Origin: Patescibacteria group bacterium
GTDB lineage: Bacteria > Patescibacteriota > Minisyncoccia > Phycocordibacterales > UBA2100
Direction: 5' to 3'
Assembly (NCBI GenBank): GCA_038064835.1
Contig: JBBTSD010000001.1
Location: 234,361 to 298,360, forward strand
Length of the DNA stretch: 64,000 bases
How positions within the stretch are numbered: the first letter of the stretch is position 1; every line of letters starts with the position of its first letter. Below are positions 43,571 through 51,854 of the stretch, piece after piece. The position numbers and the translations under genes are program-made. The notes below the pieces were generated by a model. It made no database searches. It had not been told where the DNA came from and worked only from the letters and a program-made list of their open reading frames with translations.

Positions 43571-44152
43571 ATGACACCGCGCGAGAAAAGACTACACGAT
43601 GTTGTTCGCGCACGGCGACGGGGTATCAGGATTATTCTGGAAGATATTCATGACCCGCACAATGCAGGGGCAATCATGCGCACGGCAGATGCTTTCGGCA
43701 TTCAGGAAGTGTGGTTTATCTTTGCGCAGGAAAAGCCCTACAATCCCAGGCGTGTGGGCAAGGGGTCATCGAGCTCGGCCAATAAATGGCTTTCTTTTCG
43801 GATCTTTCAGAGTACTGAAGACTGCGTCGCGGCGCTTGCAGTAGAAGAATGTGTATCTGTCGCAACGACCCTTCACGGAGGTGTGCCTATAGGAGAGGTC
43901 GCTCTTGAGAGTTTTCCAGAGGTGGCTCTGTGGGTAGGGAACGAGCATCGAGGACTTTCAGAGGTAGCGATCGCTTCCGCCGCTGTGCGTGTACTGCTCC
44001 CTATGGAGGGAATGGTCGAGAGTTTGAATGTTTCAGTCGCCACAGCGTTGTGCATTCAGTATCTCGTTGGGGCACGCATCCGTGCGGGGAAAGACGAGCG
44101 ATTGACCGACACTGAGGCTACAGCGCTTGCACAAGAGTTTCTTGCGCGGTAG
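43571..44152 (+). CDS. SpoU/TrmH-family RNA 2'-O-methyltransferase
   Basis: DPHNAGAIMRTA, GNEHRGLS and ESLNVSVA are SPOUT motifs. Confidence 0.75.
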   Translation: MTPREKRLHDVVRARRRGIRIILEDIHDPHNAGAIMRTADAFGIQEVWFIFAQEKPYNPRRVGKGSSSSANKWLSFRIFQSTEDCVAALAVEECVSVATTLHGGVPIGEVALESFPEVALWVGNEHRGLSEVAIASAAVRVLLPMEGMVESLNVSVATALCIQYLVGARIRAGKDERLTDTEATALAQEFLAR

Positions 44153-44163
44153 TTTTTTCTTTC

Positions 44164-44613
44164 ATGACTAAAATTATCAAAATATCTGTGCGGCCTGCAC
44201 AAACAGGCGAAGGTCTTTTTGCTGATGCACCAATCCTCGAAGGTTCGGTGATTGTCGAGTATACCGGAGTCACTATGCCGACAACTGTTGCCGATACGCT
44301 CGCATCCCGTTTTCTCTTTGATTTGGAGAATGGGTGGACCATCGACGGAGAAGCCAAGAGCAACACCGCGCGTTATGTGAACCATGCCTGTGATCCCAAT
44401 AGTGAGGCAGAGATTGAAGGGAAACGCGTTTTGTTTCGGGCGGCGCGTAACATAGCTGCCGGAGAAGAAATAACTATCGATTATGGAGAAGAATATTTTG
44501 ATGAGTATATAAAACCGTATGGATGTTTGTGCGAGGAGTGTAAGAAAAAGCCGTCAGGTAAATACCTAACGGCTACTCCACCAACGACGGGGACGAACGG
44601 GGTGAATCGGTAG
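44164..44613 (+). CDS. SET-domain protein (putative lysine methyltransferase)
   Basis: ARYVNHACDPN, EEITIDYG and the post-SET CLCEEC. Confidence 0.75.
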   Translation: MTKIIKISVRPAQTGEGLFADAPILEGSVIVEYTGVTMPTTVADTLASRFLFDLENGWTIDGEAKSNTARYVNHACDPNSEAEIEGKRVLFRAARNIAAGEEITIDYGEEYFDEYIKPYGCLCEECKKKPSGKYLTATPPTTGTNGVNR

Positions 44614-45090
44614 GTGCGGATGAACCAGCATCTCGTTGATCGCTTGAACAACCACATCGGGTGTCGTGCGCGCACCAAAAAGGGTATTCCACGCATCCCG
44701 TTGGTCCCCGGTCATTTTCGAGTGAATATTTCTGAGATTCCCACCACGACCATGTCCAGACCAAGGGCGGAGACGAAACCATCCGCCAGTACTCTCCTCC
44801 TGTTCAGTTTCTTTGCACACAAAACGCAGTCGCTTTTCTCCCTTAAAGATGTAGCCCCATGCCATCCATACCGTCAGCTGGATTGCGATCTCTCGTGAGG
44901 TTTTGTTGCGAAAGATTTCATGCCAGTGAGCATGGAGAACCTGATTGATTTCGACAAGATTTTCAGGACTGTTGTCGCCACCGCGGCTACGCGGAAGACG
45001 ATGATGTATATTACGCGGCCCTGTTCGTAGGTGGGCGCGTACATCCTCGATTGCTCGTTTGGTGCCATGAGCTTCGTCTGGCTTTGGCAC
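44566..45090 (-). CDS. HNH-like nuclease domain protein (cysteine-less HNH), hypothetical
   Basis: HHRLPRSRGGDNSPENLVEINQVLHAHWH follows the H-x(P)-GG-N-L-H-H spacing of the HNH motif. GTG start with a GAGGAAAGGGG RBS. Its 3' end overlaps the SET gene by 48 bp. Confidence 0.4.
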   Translation of the reverse strand: MPKPDEAHGTKRAIEDVRAHLRTGPRNIHHRLPRSRGGDNSPENLVEINQVLHAHWHEIFRNKTSREIAIQLTVWMAWGYIFKGEKRLRFVCKETEQEESTGGWFRLRPWSGHGRGGNLRNIHSKMTGDQRDAWNTLFGARTTPDVVVQAINEMLVHPHLPIHPVRPRRWWSSR

Positions 45091-45218
45091 AGAAAGCCCC
45101 TTTCCTCTGAGTTACTAATTGTTCTTTATCATGCATACGCAGAGTACACAAGGAAGTGTAGGGTAAGCCCTCGCACGGGTTATGGGGTACAGTGCAGGCT
45201 CTGTGCTACCATCGCGCT

Positions 45219-45878
45219 ATGCGGGTGAATATCGAACCGTCGTGGAAAGAGAAGTTGGCGCCAGAATTCTCTCAGATGTATTTCGCTGACATGAGTGCCT
45301 TTGTGCGTAGCGAATACTTGTCCAAGACGGTGTATCCAAAACCAGGCAATGTATTTCGCGCATTTTCATTGTGTCCGTTTGATCAAGTAAAAGTAGTCGT
45401 CTTGGGACAAGATCCCTATCATGGTGCAGGACAGGCGAACGGCCTTTGTTTTGCTGTTGATGACGGGATGCGGATACCACCCTCGCTGCAAAATATCTTT
45501 AAGGAAATCGAATCCGATATCGGGAGTGCAACTCGTGTGGGAAATCTGGAAACCTGGGCAAAGCAGGGAGTCTTGCTACTCAATGCAACACTGACGGTAC
45601 GCGCTCAGTCACCAGGAAGTCATCAGGGGCGTGGGTGGGAGCGATTCACTGATGCAGCAGTGCAGGCACTCTCGGATGAAAAAGAACATCTGGTATTTCT
45701 ATTATGGGGAAATTACGCGCGTCAAAAAGGTGCGCGTATCGATCGCGAGAAACATCGGGTGCTTGAGGCACCACATCCATCACCATTTTCAGCACATACA
45801 GGATTTCTGGGGTGCAAACATTTTAGCAAGGTGAATGAGTACCTAATTGAGAAAGGAAAGCAGCCGATTGTATGGTAG
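45219..45878 (+). CDS. ung: Uracil-DNA glycosylase, family 1
   Basis: VVVLGQDPYHGAGQANGLCF and HPSPFSA are UDG family 1 motifs. Confidence 0.85.
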   Translation: MRVNIEPSWKEKLAPEFSQMYFADMSAFVRSEYLSKTVYPKPGNVFRAFSLCPFDQVKVVVLGQDPYHGAGQANGLCFAVDDGMRIPPSLQNIFKEIESDIGSATRVGNLETWAKQGVLLLNATLTVRAQSPGSHQGRGWERFTDAAVQALSDEKEHLVFLLWGNYARQKGARIDREKHRVLEAPHPSPFSAHTGFLGCKHFSKVNEYLIEKGKQPIVW

Positions 45879-45895
45879 CAGCTGAGAGCAAAACA

Positions 45896-45925
45896 AAAAC
45901 CCCCGGCTTACGCCGGGGGTTTTTG
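45896..45925. terminator. Bidirectional terminator between ung and csp
   Basis: aaaaacccccggcttacgccgggggttttt. Confidence 0.8.
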
Positions 45926-45933
45926 TTTTAGGC

Positions 45934-46134
45934 TTATGCCTTTGCAACGTTGACGGCGCTAGGGCCTTTCGGTCCCTCAGTGATCTCAAAAGTCACTCGG
46001 TCGCCCTCACGAAGATCGTCGTAGCGGAGTCCCTGAAGATCCTTGGCATGGAAGAAGACATCCTTGTCTCCGCCCTCTGGCTTGATGAAGCCGTAGCCAC
46101 GATCCGTGAGACGCGCGATAGTTCCTGAACTCAT
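45934..46134 (-). CDS. cspA: Cold-shock protein (CspA family)
   Basis: GYGFI (RNP1) and VFFH (RNP2). 66 aa. Confidence 0.9.
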   Translation of the reverse strand: MSSGTIARLTDRGYGFIKPEGGDKDVFFHAKDLQGLRYDDLREGDRVTFEITEGPKGPSAVNVAKA

Positions 46135-46393
46135 GTGATGTGTATGATAGTGCTAAATGCTTTCTGCAATCGTCTTGAAAAAACCGACCCCTTTTCCTCT
46201 CGACGGCGCTGTGCCCAATAGTCTCCTCAGAGACTTCAGAGCCTGCATATCGGAATTACCCGATATGGCTATGATAACACGGGGCATACTGGAAGTCAAT
46301 CGGTACTACTTTGGATTGACGACTTCCCTGCACAGGCATATAAAGACTACAGGAAGAAGGAAGGGGCTCCTTGAAACAAGACAGGAGAAGGGA

Positions 46394-47065
46394 ATGAGTA
46401 AAATCAGGCCAATTACAGGGCTCGGTCCCGTTCGTGTGACCGCAGACTACAATCGCGTACGGTTCTTGGTCTCACTCCTTTTTGCTGCCGCACTAATCCT
46501 CGGGATTATGTGGGCGCAGTATGAAGGATATATCGCGCTGGTAAACAGACTGCAAACAATAGTCTTCACGATTGTGTTTGCTATCGTTCTGGTGGTCGGT
46601 GTGTCGCGTGGTTTGTACGAGTCATGGCACTATTCGAATGCAATCGACGCGATCAAGCGCGTCAATCTTGATACTGAAGAGTTGAAACGACTTCTCGATG
46701 TCCACGACCTCTCTGAGCGCAGTGTTGATCTGTTGCAAAATGAGATTGAAGACGAAGCTTTCCGTCGCGTTGAGAAAATCGAATACTTCGCCTTCATCGC
46801 AGTGCAGGTCGGTCTCTTTGGTACGGTCTTGGGCATGATGCTGGGCATTCTAGAGATCGCCGACAAGGTGCGCTCTATAGAAAGCATGGTTTCCAATCTC
46901 CCGACAATCATCGGCTATATCGCTGTTGCTCCTGCGACGACCCTGGTCGGCATCGTAGTGAGTTTGGCTGTTCTGCAAGTTGCACGAATGGCTCGTGATT
47001 CTGCAATGGCCTTTACGCATCGCGTTGCACGGACATTGCACGACCATCTCGCGCGGAAGGAGTAA
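46394..47065 (+). CDS. MotA/TolQ/ExbB-family proton-channel protein
   Basis: GLFGTVLGMMLGI and AVAPATTLVGIVVSLAVL match the C-terminal motifs GLLGTVxGM and AxxTTxxGLxVAIP. AGGAGAAGGG RBS. Confidence 0.6.
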   Translation: MSKIRPITGLGPVRVTADYNRVRFLVSLLFAAALILGIMWAQYEGYIALVNRLQTIVFTIVFAIVLVVGVSRGLYESWHYSNAIDAIKRVNLDTEELKRLLDVHDLSERSVDLLQNEIEDEAFRRVEKIEYFAFIAVQVGLFGTVLGMMLGILEIADKVRSIESMVSNLPTIIGYIAVAPATTLVGIVVSLAVLQVARMARDSAMAFTHRVARTLHDHLARKE

Positions 47066-47071
47066 TTACTC

Positions 47072-47794
47072 ATGGCCAGAAAGAGTAGATGGCAAGGAGG
47101 TGAATCAGTAGCGCAAAGAGCGCAAGCGGTTACTTTCAATGATGCGCTCTTCAATATGATCGTGGGAATGGTGCTGTTGATTGCGCTGTTCATGCTTATG
47201 CTCAATCCGAAGGGCGCACAGAGCACCAATGTGGCTGCGCCCCCAGGCAACATCATTATCGAGGCCTATTGGAATCAGATTGATTCGCGCACAAAAAAAC
47301 CTGTCGACACGGATGTCGATCTGTGGGTGAAGTGTGTCAATGATCAGCCTGTAGGGTACTCCAATAAGGGCACAGCGCTTTGTAACTATTTGCGCGATGA
47401 CCTGGGTAATCGTTCGCCGGATGATCCGGTGAATTACGAGCTCACGACGAGTCGTGGCATCGCCCATGGGCAGTACTGCGTTAATGTGCATTTGTACAGC
47501 AATCGTAGCAATGTGTATCCGATTACTGTAAAGGTGACAGTAAAGATTGCAAAGAGCGCTCCTGGAGCGAGTGGTGGTGACAAAGTTGCATCAACCCCCG
47601 TGCTTGTGTCCGATGTCGTGTTGAAACGCACTGGCCAAGAGCTCAATGTATTCTGCTTTACCATCAACGAAGGCGGGGCACTCGTGGCGTCGCAAACATT
47701 TACTTCGCAAGGCATCTGCTTGCGCAGTCCTGCGAATGCTGCGACAGGTAAGTGTGATGAAGGCACTGCTCCTTTTTCGCAGCAACAGCCATAG
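47072..47794 (+). CDS. Membrane-anchored periplasmic protein (ExbD/TolR-position partner, atypically large)
   Basis: Single N-terminal TM helix followed by a beta-rich domain of about 200 aa. It starts 6 bp after the channel gene. Confidence 0.4.
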   Translation: MARKSRWQGGESVAQRAQAVTFNDALFNMIVGMVLLIALFMLMLNPKGAQSTNVAAPPGNIIIEAYWNQIDSRTKKPVDTDVDLWVKCVNDQPVGYSNKGTALCNYLRDDLGNRSPDDPVNYELTTSRGIAHGQYCVNVHLYSNRSNVYPITVKVTVKIAKSAPGASGGDKVASTPVLVSDVVLKRTGQELNVFCFTINEGGALVASQTFTSQGICLRSPANAATGKCDEGTAPFSQQQP

Positions 47795-47803
47795 GAGAGT
47801 CAC

Positions 47804-48385
47804 ATGGAAGAGAGATCTTGGTTCTATGATCTGATGTCGTGGTTTGAAGTGCCAACGGTATTGTTTGGTGACTTCACCTTCAGTGCGCTCATCCTCGTTG
47901 TATTGATGGGGACGCTGGGGCTTGTCTACTTTGCTGTGCGCGCACCTAAGTTGCCGCAAAAAATAACGGCAATGATTTTGTGCGTCGCTGTGTGGGGCAT
48001 GCTCTTTGTGTCCCATGTCGAGCAACTCTCATATCCCAAAAAGCTCTCGCTCACCTGGGTGAAGCAACAAGGAAAAGTAGGTATGGCAGTTCACTCTGCC
48101 GTGATGCGTCCGCCCAAGCGAATTTATCTCTCGCTCGATATTGCTGGAGAACCTCGAGGTTTTTGGATTCCCTGGACAAAGGAGCTTGAAAAATCTCTCG
48201 GTACTGCCCTTGAAGAACGACGCAAAAAGGAAGGCCGTGGAACACTGATGTTCAAGTTTGAACCTTCGGAAGAGAAAGAGCGGTTTCGTTTCTATCTCAT
48301 GCCGTGGCCAGTGCCACCGGACAAAGATGAAAACACTCGTCCGCCCGAGCCGTATCGTCTCAAACGGCCGGAACAGGAAGCATGA
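47804..48385 (+). CDS. Membrane protein with proline-rich C-terminus, hypothetical
   Basis: Two TM helices, then a soluble region ending PWPVPPDKDENTRPPEPY. AGGAGAG RBS. Confidence 0.4.
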   Translation: MEERSWFYDLMSWFEVPTVLFGDFTFSALILVVLMGTLGLVYFAVRAPKLPQKITAMILCVAVWGMLFVSHVEQLSYPKKLSLTWVKQQGKVGMAVHSAVMRPPKRIYLSLDIAGEPRGFWIPWTKELEKSLGTALEERRKKEGRGTLMFKFEPSEEKERFRFYLMPWPVPPDKDENTRPPEPYRLKRPEQEA

Positions 48386-48456
48386 TCAGAGCGCCCGCGT
48401 TATAGCGGGCGCTTCTCTGTGGGTATAGGATATAGATAGTAGTAGAGGAGACTTTC

Positions 48457-49191
48457 ATGCCACAAAGCATGCTTTCATCTTCGGTTTTAATTGAAAACAA
48501 AAACGGTAGCTCGGGTTCGGGCACTATCATTTTCTCAGGGAAACATGCCCGCGAGGCTGACGGTCGGGTGCATACCTATGTGTTGACCAATTGGCATGTT
48601 ATCGATCCCAGTATGCTCTTTCGATTCACACGACCACACACGCGCCGCGCACACGCAAAAGGTGAGCAACGCGAACGCTGGAAAGTGAAACGACTTGCGG
48701 TGAAGGTAACGGTGTATCGCTATGCGGCAAGTGGTGTTATGAGCGAAATTTCGCATCAAGCCGATATCGTGGCTTGTGACAAAGAAAAAGACTTGGCACT
48801 GCTTCGGCTTCGTACCGGCAACCTACTTCCTTGCGCCCGCTTTGCGGCACGAACGCATGTGGTCGAAACCTTTGGAAAAGTGTGGGCAGTGGGATGCCCG
48901 ATAGGGTATAGTCCATTCCCGACAGAGGGTATTGTTGGAGGTATTAAGAAGGCGGGTCGGGCACTACGCATACTCGCTTCTACTCCTATTTTTTTCGGGA
49001 ACTCTGGTGGTGGGTTGTACCAGCTTCACGATGAAACAGGACACAAGCTGATCGGTGTTACAACCGAAGTGGGATCGGATGATGGGGTTGCTGTGGCGCA
49101 TCTTTCGCTGAGCATCCCTATCCGCAGTGTCTATGAGTTTCTGGAGCGGCACTCATTCGGTTTTATTGCACGAGTGCAAACAGCTCCCTAG
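48457..49191 (+). CDS. Trypsin-like (S1) serine peptidase without signal peptide
   Basis: Catalytic triad context TNWHV (His), DLALLRL (Asp) and GNSGGG (Ser). AGAGGAG RBS. Confidence 0.65.
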   Translation: MPQSMLSSSVLIENKNGSSGSGTIIFSGKHAREADGRVHTYVLTNWHVIDPSMLFRFTRPHTRRAHAKGEQRERWKVKRLAVKVTVYRYAASGVMSEISHQADIVACDKEKDLALLRLRTGNLLPCARFAARTHVVETFGKVWAVGCPIGYSPFPTEGIVGGIKKAGRALRILASTPIFFGNSGGGLYQLHDETGHKLIGVTTEVGSDDGVAVAHLSLSIPIRSVYEFLERHSFGFIARVQTAP

Positions 49192-49275
49192 CCCCGGTCA
49201 TGCCGGGGTTTGTTTTTTCTTGTGTATAGTGCGCAATACTTTATACTCGCCCCAGTCTACAAAGGGGAAACAAAG

Positions 49276-49764
49276 ATGGGGAACACTCACTTCAAGCCGT
49301 TTGCAGGACTCACGGCAGAGGCACACAGTGTGGTAGTGCTTGTCAGCTTCTTTGGATGCCAGTGTGATTCAGAGCTTTTGAAAGGGGCACATCGGGGCAC
49401 ATTACTCGACATGCTTCGTCGCGCGGTCGAAGGAGCTGGATTCGGTGTTATCGGCGAGTCTATTCAGCCGTTTGGGATGACGACTGGAGAACAGGTCGAG
49501 CATGGTGCCACCATTAATCTGGTTCTTGCCGACTCGGGCATCTCGTTCGATTGCTACCCTGATGCACAACCTGTGCATGGTACGGTGCAGATGAATCTAC
49601 ACTACTGCAATATTACCAACGACAATGATCACAAGGTGAAGCCATGCATCGAGGCGATCGAGCAGGTGTTTAGGCCTCGGGTGACCCAGCGCTATCCGCG
49701 CATGGTAATGCCTATCAATGTGAAGGCGGCTCTCGATCAGGAGTATGAAAAGCTTCCTCGATGA
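49276..49764 (+). CDS. Pyruvoyl-dependent decarboxylase family protein (S-adenosylmethionine decarboxylase SpeH-like)
   Basis: LADSGISFDCYPD versus the SpeH self-cleavage region [13 protein letters not shown]. An upstream FGCQCD corresponds to LWGCD. Confidence 0.5.
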   Translation: MGNTHFKPFAGLTAEAHSVVVLVSFFGCQCDSELLKGAHRGTLLDMLRRAVEGAGFGVIGESIQPFGMTTGEQVEHGATINLVLADSGISFDCYPDAQPVHGTVQMNLHYCNITNDNDHKVKPCIEAIEQVFRPRVTQRYPRMVMPINVKAALDQEYEKLPR

Positions 49765-49820
49765 ACGAGAGCGAAAAACGACGGCGATTCTCGCCGTCGT
49801 TTCTCTTTTCCCAGGTCTTG

Positions 49821-50363
49821 CTAGCGAGTAAATCCGTTGGGCTCACTCACGCAGTGAGGATAGGGAGTTAGCGGGCTATCATACTCGTATGGGTAGCGGA
49901 CATCAAAGAAAATGGAAGTATCTTTGGTCGCCTTAAAAGTATTCATCAGGTAATCATGTACCGGCTTTGGGTCAAACACTTTGCACGAGAATATATCAAC
50001 GCACACTTCTCGAGGTTTCGAAAATGTGTGTATGCCAATATGAGAGAAGTCTACGATACAGACCGCGGTAAAACCCGGGTTCGAGGGAATACCTTTCACT
50101 GCATGCGGTCCGGAGACAATTTTCATATCGCACAACCGCGCGATATCTCGAAGGGCTTTTTCAAGGAGGTTTTTATCGAGCGTCACTGCCCTAGGTACAT
50201 TTGTTGCATCGAATATCCAATGATGCAGACCAGTTTTTAGTAATGCGCGGGGATGCTCTTTCCGTTTTGACGGAGCCGAAGCGGGCTTGCGGATCGTGGA
50301 CGCAGAAGGACGACGAGCCGACAAAGTTGCAGTTTTCACTAGCCAACGGGGAGGGATTAGCAC
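49821..50363 (-). CDS. Second pyruvoyl-dependent decarboxylase family protein (SpeH-like paralog)
   Basis: IVDFSHIGIHTFSKPREVCVDIFSCKVFD versus [28 protein letters not shown]. The start is uncertain: the track uses GTG and there is a basic N-terminal extension. Confidence 0.5.
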   Translation of the reverse strand: MLIPPRWLVKTATLSARRPSASTIRKPASAPSKRKEHPRALLKTGLHHWIFDATNVPRAVTLDKNLLEKALRDIARLCDMKIVSGPHAVKGIPSNPGFTAVCIVDFSHIGIHTFSKPREVCVDIFSCKVFDPKPVHDYLMNTFKATKDTSIFFDVRYPYEYDSPLTPYPHCVSEPNGFTR

Positions 50364-50595
50364 GGGGTTTTTCCCTCCCAGGTTAGAAAGTTAATAAGTG
50401 GGATTGATTGCTTTCGCAATCTCGTCCAACAACGCGCCGCCCGTGGCTCGCGGTTTCGCTCCGCGCAGCTTCTGCTTGCCGCAATTGTGATGCGAGTATA
50501 CAAAACATCACAGGTCTGTAAAGAGTTTCGGGACATTTTCTTATGTGTATAACTTTTGTTAATAAAAGTTTCTAAAAATATTCTTCGGATGAAAA

Positions 50596-50621
50596 GAAAA
50601 GACCCCCGTTAGTGGGGGTCG
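50596..50621 (-). terminator. Terminator for M48 peptidase gene (minus strand)
   Basis: gcgacccccactaacgggggtc followed by ttttcttttc on the minus strand. Confidence 0.6.
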
Positions 50622-50633
50622 CAGTGCACGCGC

Positions 50634-51584
50634 TTACTCTTCGGTGAGCCTCACATTGCCGTGGCGGTCAGCGCGGTACTTTACACCAATCACTGCCGCG
50701 CGGTTGCCCGCGTCGGGGTGACTGGCAAAGATTTCCATGCCGGTTTTTTGCAAAAGCTTGAACGGGCTCTTGCCACTCATGACATGACCCACTTTGATGA
50801 GTCCCGCGACAAGTTCGTCGCGATAGTCCCATCCGGCAATTGCCAGGCCACCAGCATCTGCCAAGTATTCACGGCAACGAGAGTGCGCTGCCGCAAGCAA
50901 GCTGTAGCAGAGCTGTACGAGACTGATGCAAAGCCAAGTAATCACCAGGACTCGGAAGTCACCCCACAATTCAGGTCCCGCCACTCCAGCGAAACAGGTC
51001 ATCATGAGCACAAGCCATTTCTGCCACCTGATGGCCATCTGGCCAGCCATGATGATTGCTCGTGCGGGGACATCCAGGTGTATCAGATGCGCAATTTCGT
51101 GCGCAAACACCACTTCCTCCTCACGATCTTCGAGGAGTTCGATTACACCGCCAATAGCGAGAATTTGATTGCCGTGGAAGATACTTCCGGCGGCGGCGGC
51201 GTTGAGCCCGATCATTCCAGGTACTGGAGCATCGATGATTATTATGTCCGGTGTCCGGCTTAATCCTGCCTTGCGGGCGAGGTGCCGGATTCGTGCCTGG
51301 AAGTTGGGTCGGTTACTCGGGTGCGCTTTTTGTTGAGCCAAAGCTTTCGCCTGGCCCTCGAGTGCAACCCACGCACCAATAAAGCAACCCAGGATGATGA
51401 AGAGATGATTGTCGAACAGATTCTTGGCTAACGGTCCGGGCCTGAGCCCGAGCATGCCATGCAAGTGTTCCACAATAGTGGGAAGGAACCAGAACAGCCC
51501 ACCCATGAGGAGGAACAGTATCCAACCCTTGGTGAACTGCCAAAAGATGTGGCCGTTGAGTCCGCGACACCACGAAAGTAGCAT
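50634..51584 (-). CDS. M48-family zinc metalloprotease (HtpX-like)
   Basis: HEIAHL (HExxH) and membrane helices. ATG 51584 with an AGGAAAGGAGAG RBS; the track ORF starts at TTG 51614. Confidence 0.8.
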   Translation of the reverse strand: MLLSWCRGLNGHIFWQFTKGWILFLLMGGLFWFLPTIVEHLHGMLGLRPGPLAKNLFDNHLFIILGCFIGAWVALEGQAKALAQQKAHPSNRPNFQARIRHLARKAGLSRTPDIIIIDAPVPGMIGLNAAAAGSIFHGNQILAIGGVIELLEDREEEVVFAHEIAHLIHLDVPARAIIMAGQMAIRWQKWLVLMMTCFAGVAGPELWGDFRVLVITWLCISLVQLCYSLLAAAHSRCREYLADAGGLAIAGWDYRDELVAGLIKVGHVMSGKSPFKLLQKTGMEIFASHPDAGNRAAVIGVKYRADRHGNVRLTEE

Positions 51585-51854
51585 CGATCTCTCCTTTCCT
51601 TCATTGTGTTTCAACTTGGACCAGCTCAGAGAGCTAGCTGTCGGTATTATATCATATACACATAGAAAAGCAATCTATAGGACAGTAAAGGACATCGTGT
51701 CCTTTACATGCTGGTGCAAGGATACCACCCGAAAAAAAGGAGTTCCCACATCAAAGAACAGTAATCGGCACAAGTCCATTACTTTACGAGGATGTGCGTG
51801 GTACTGTTGCCCATATTTTAGTAATCGCCGTTATTAATACAGAAATTATTTATA

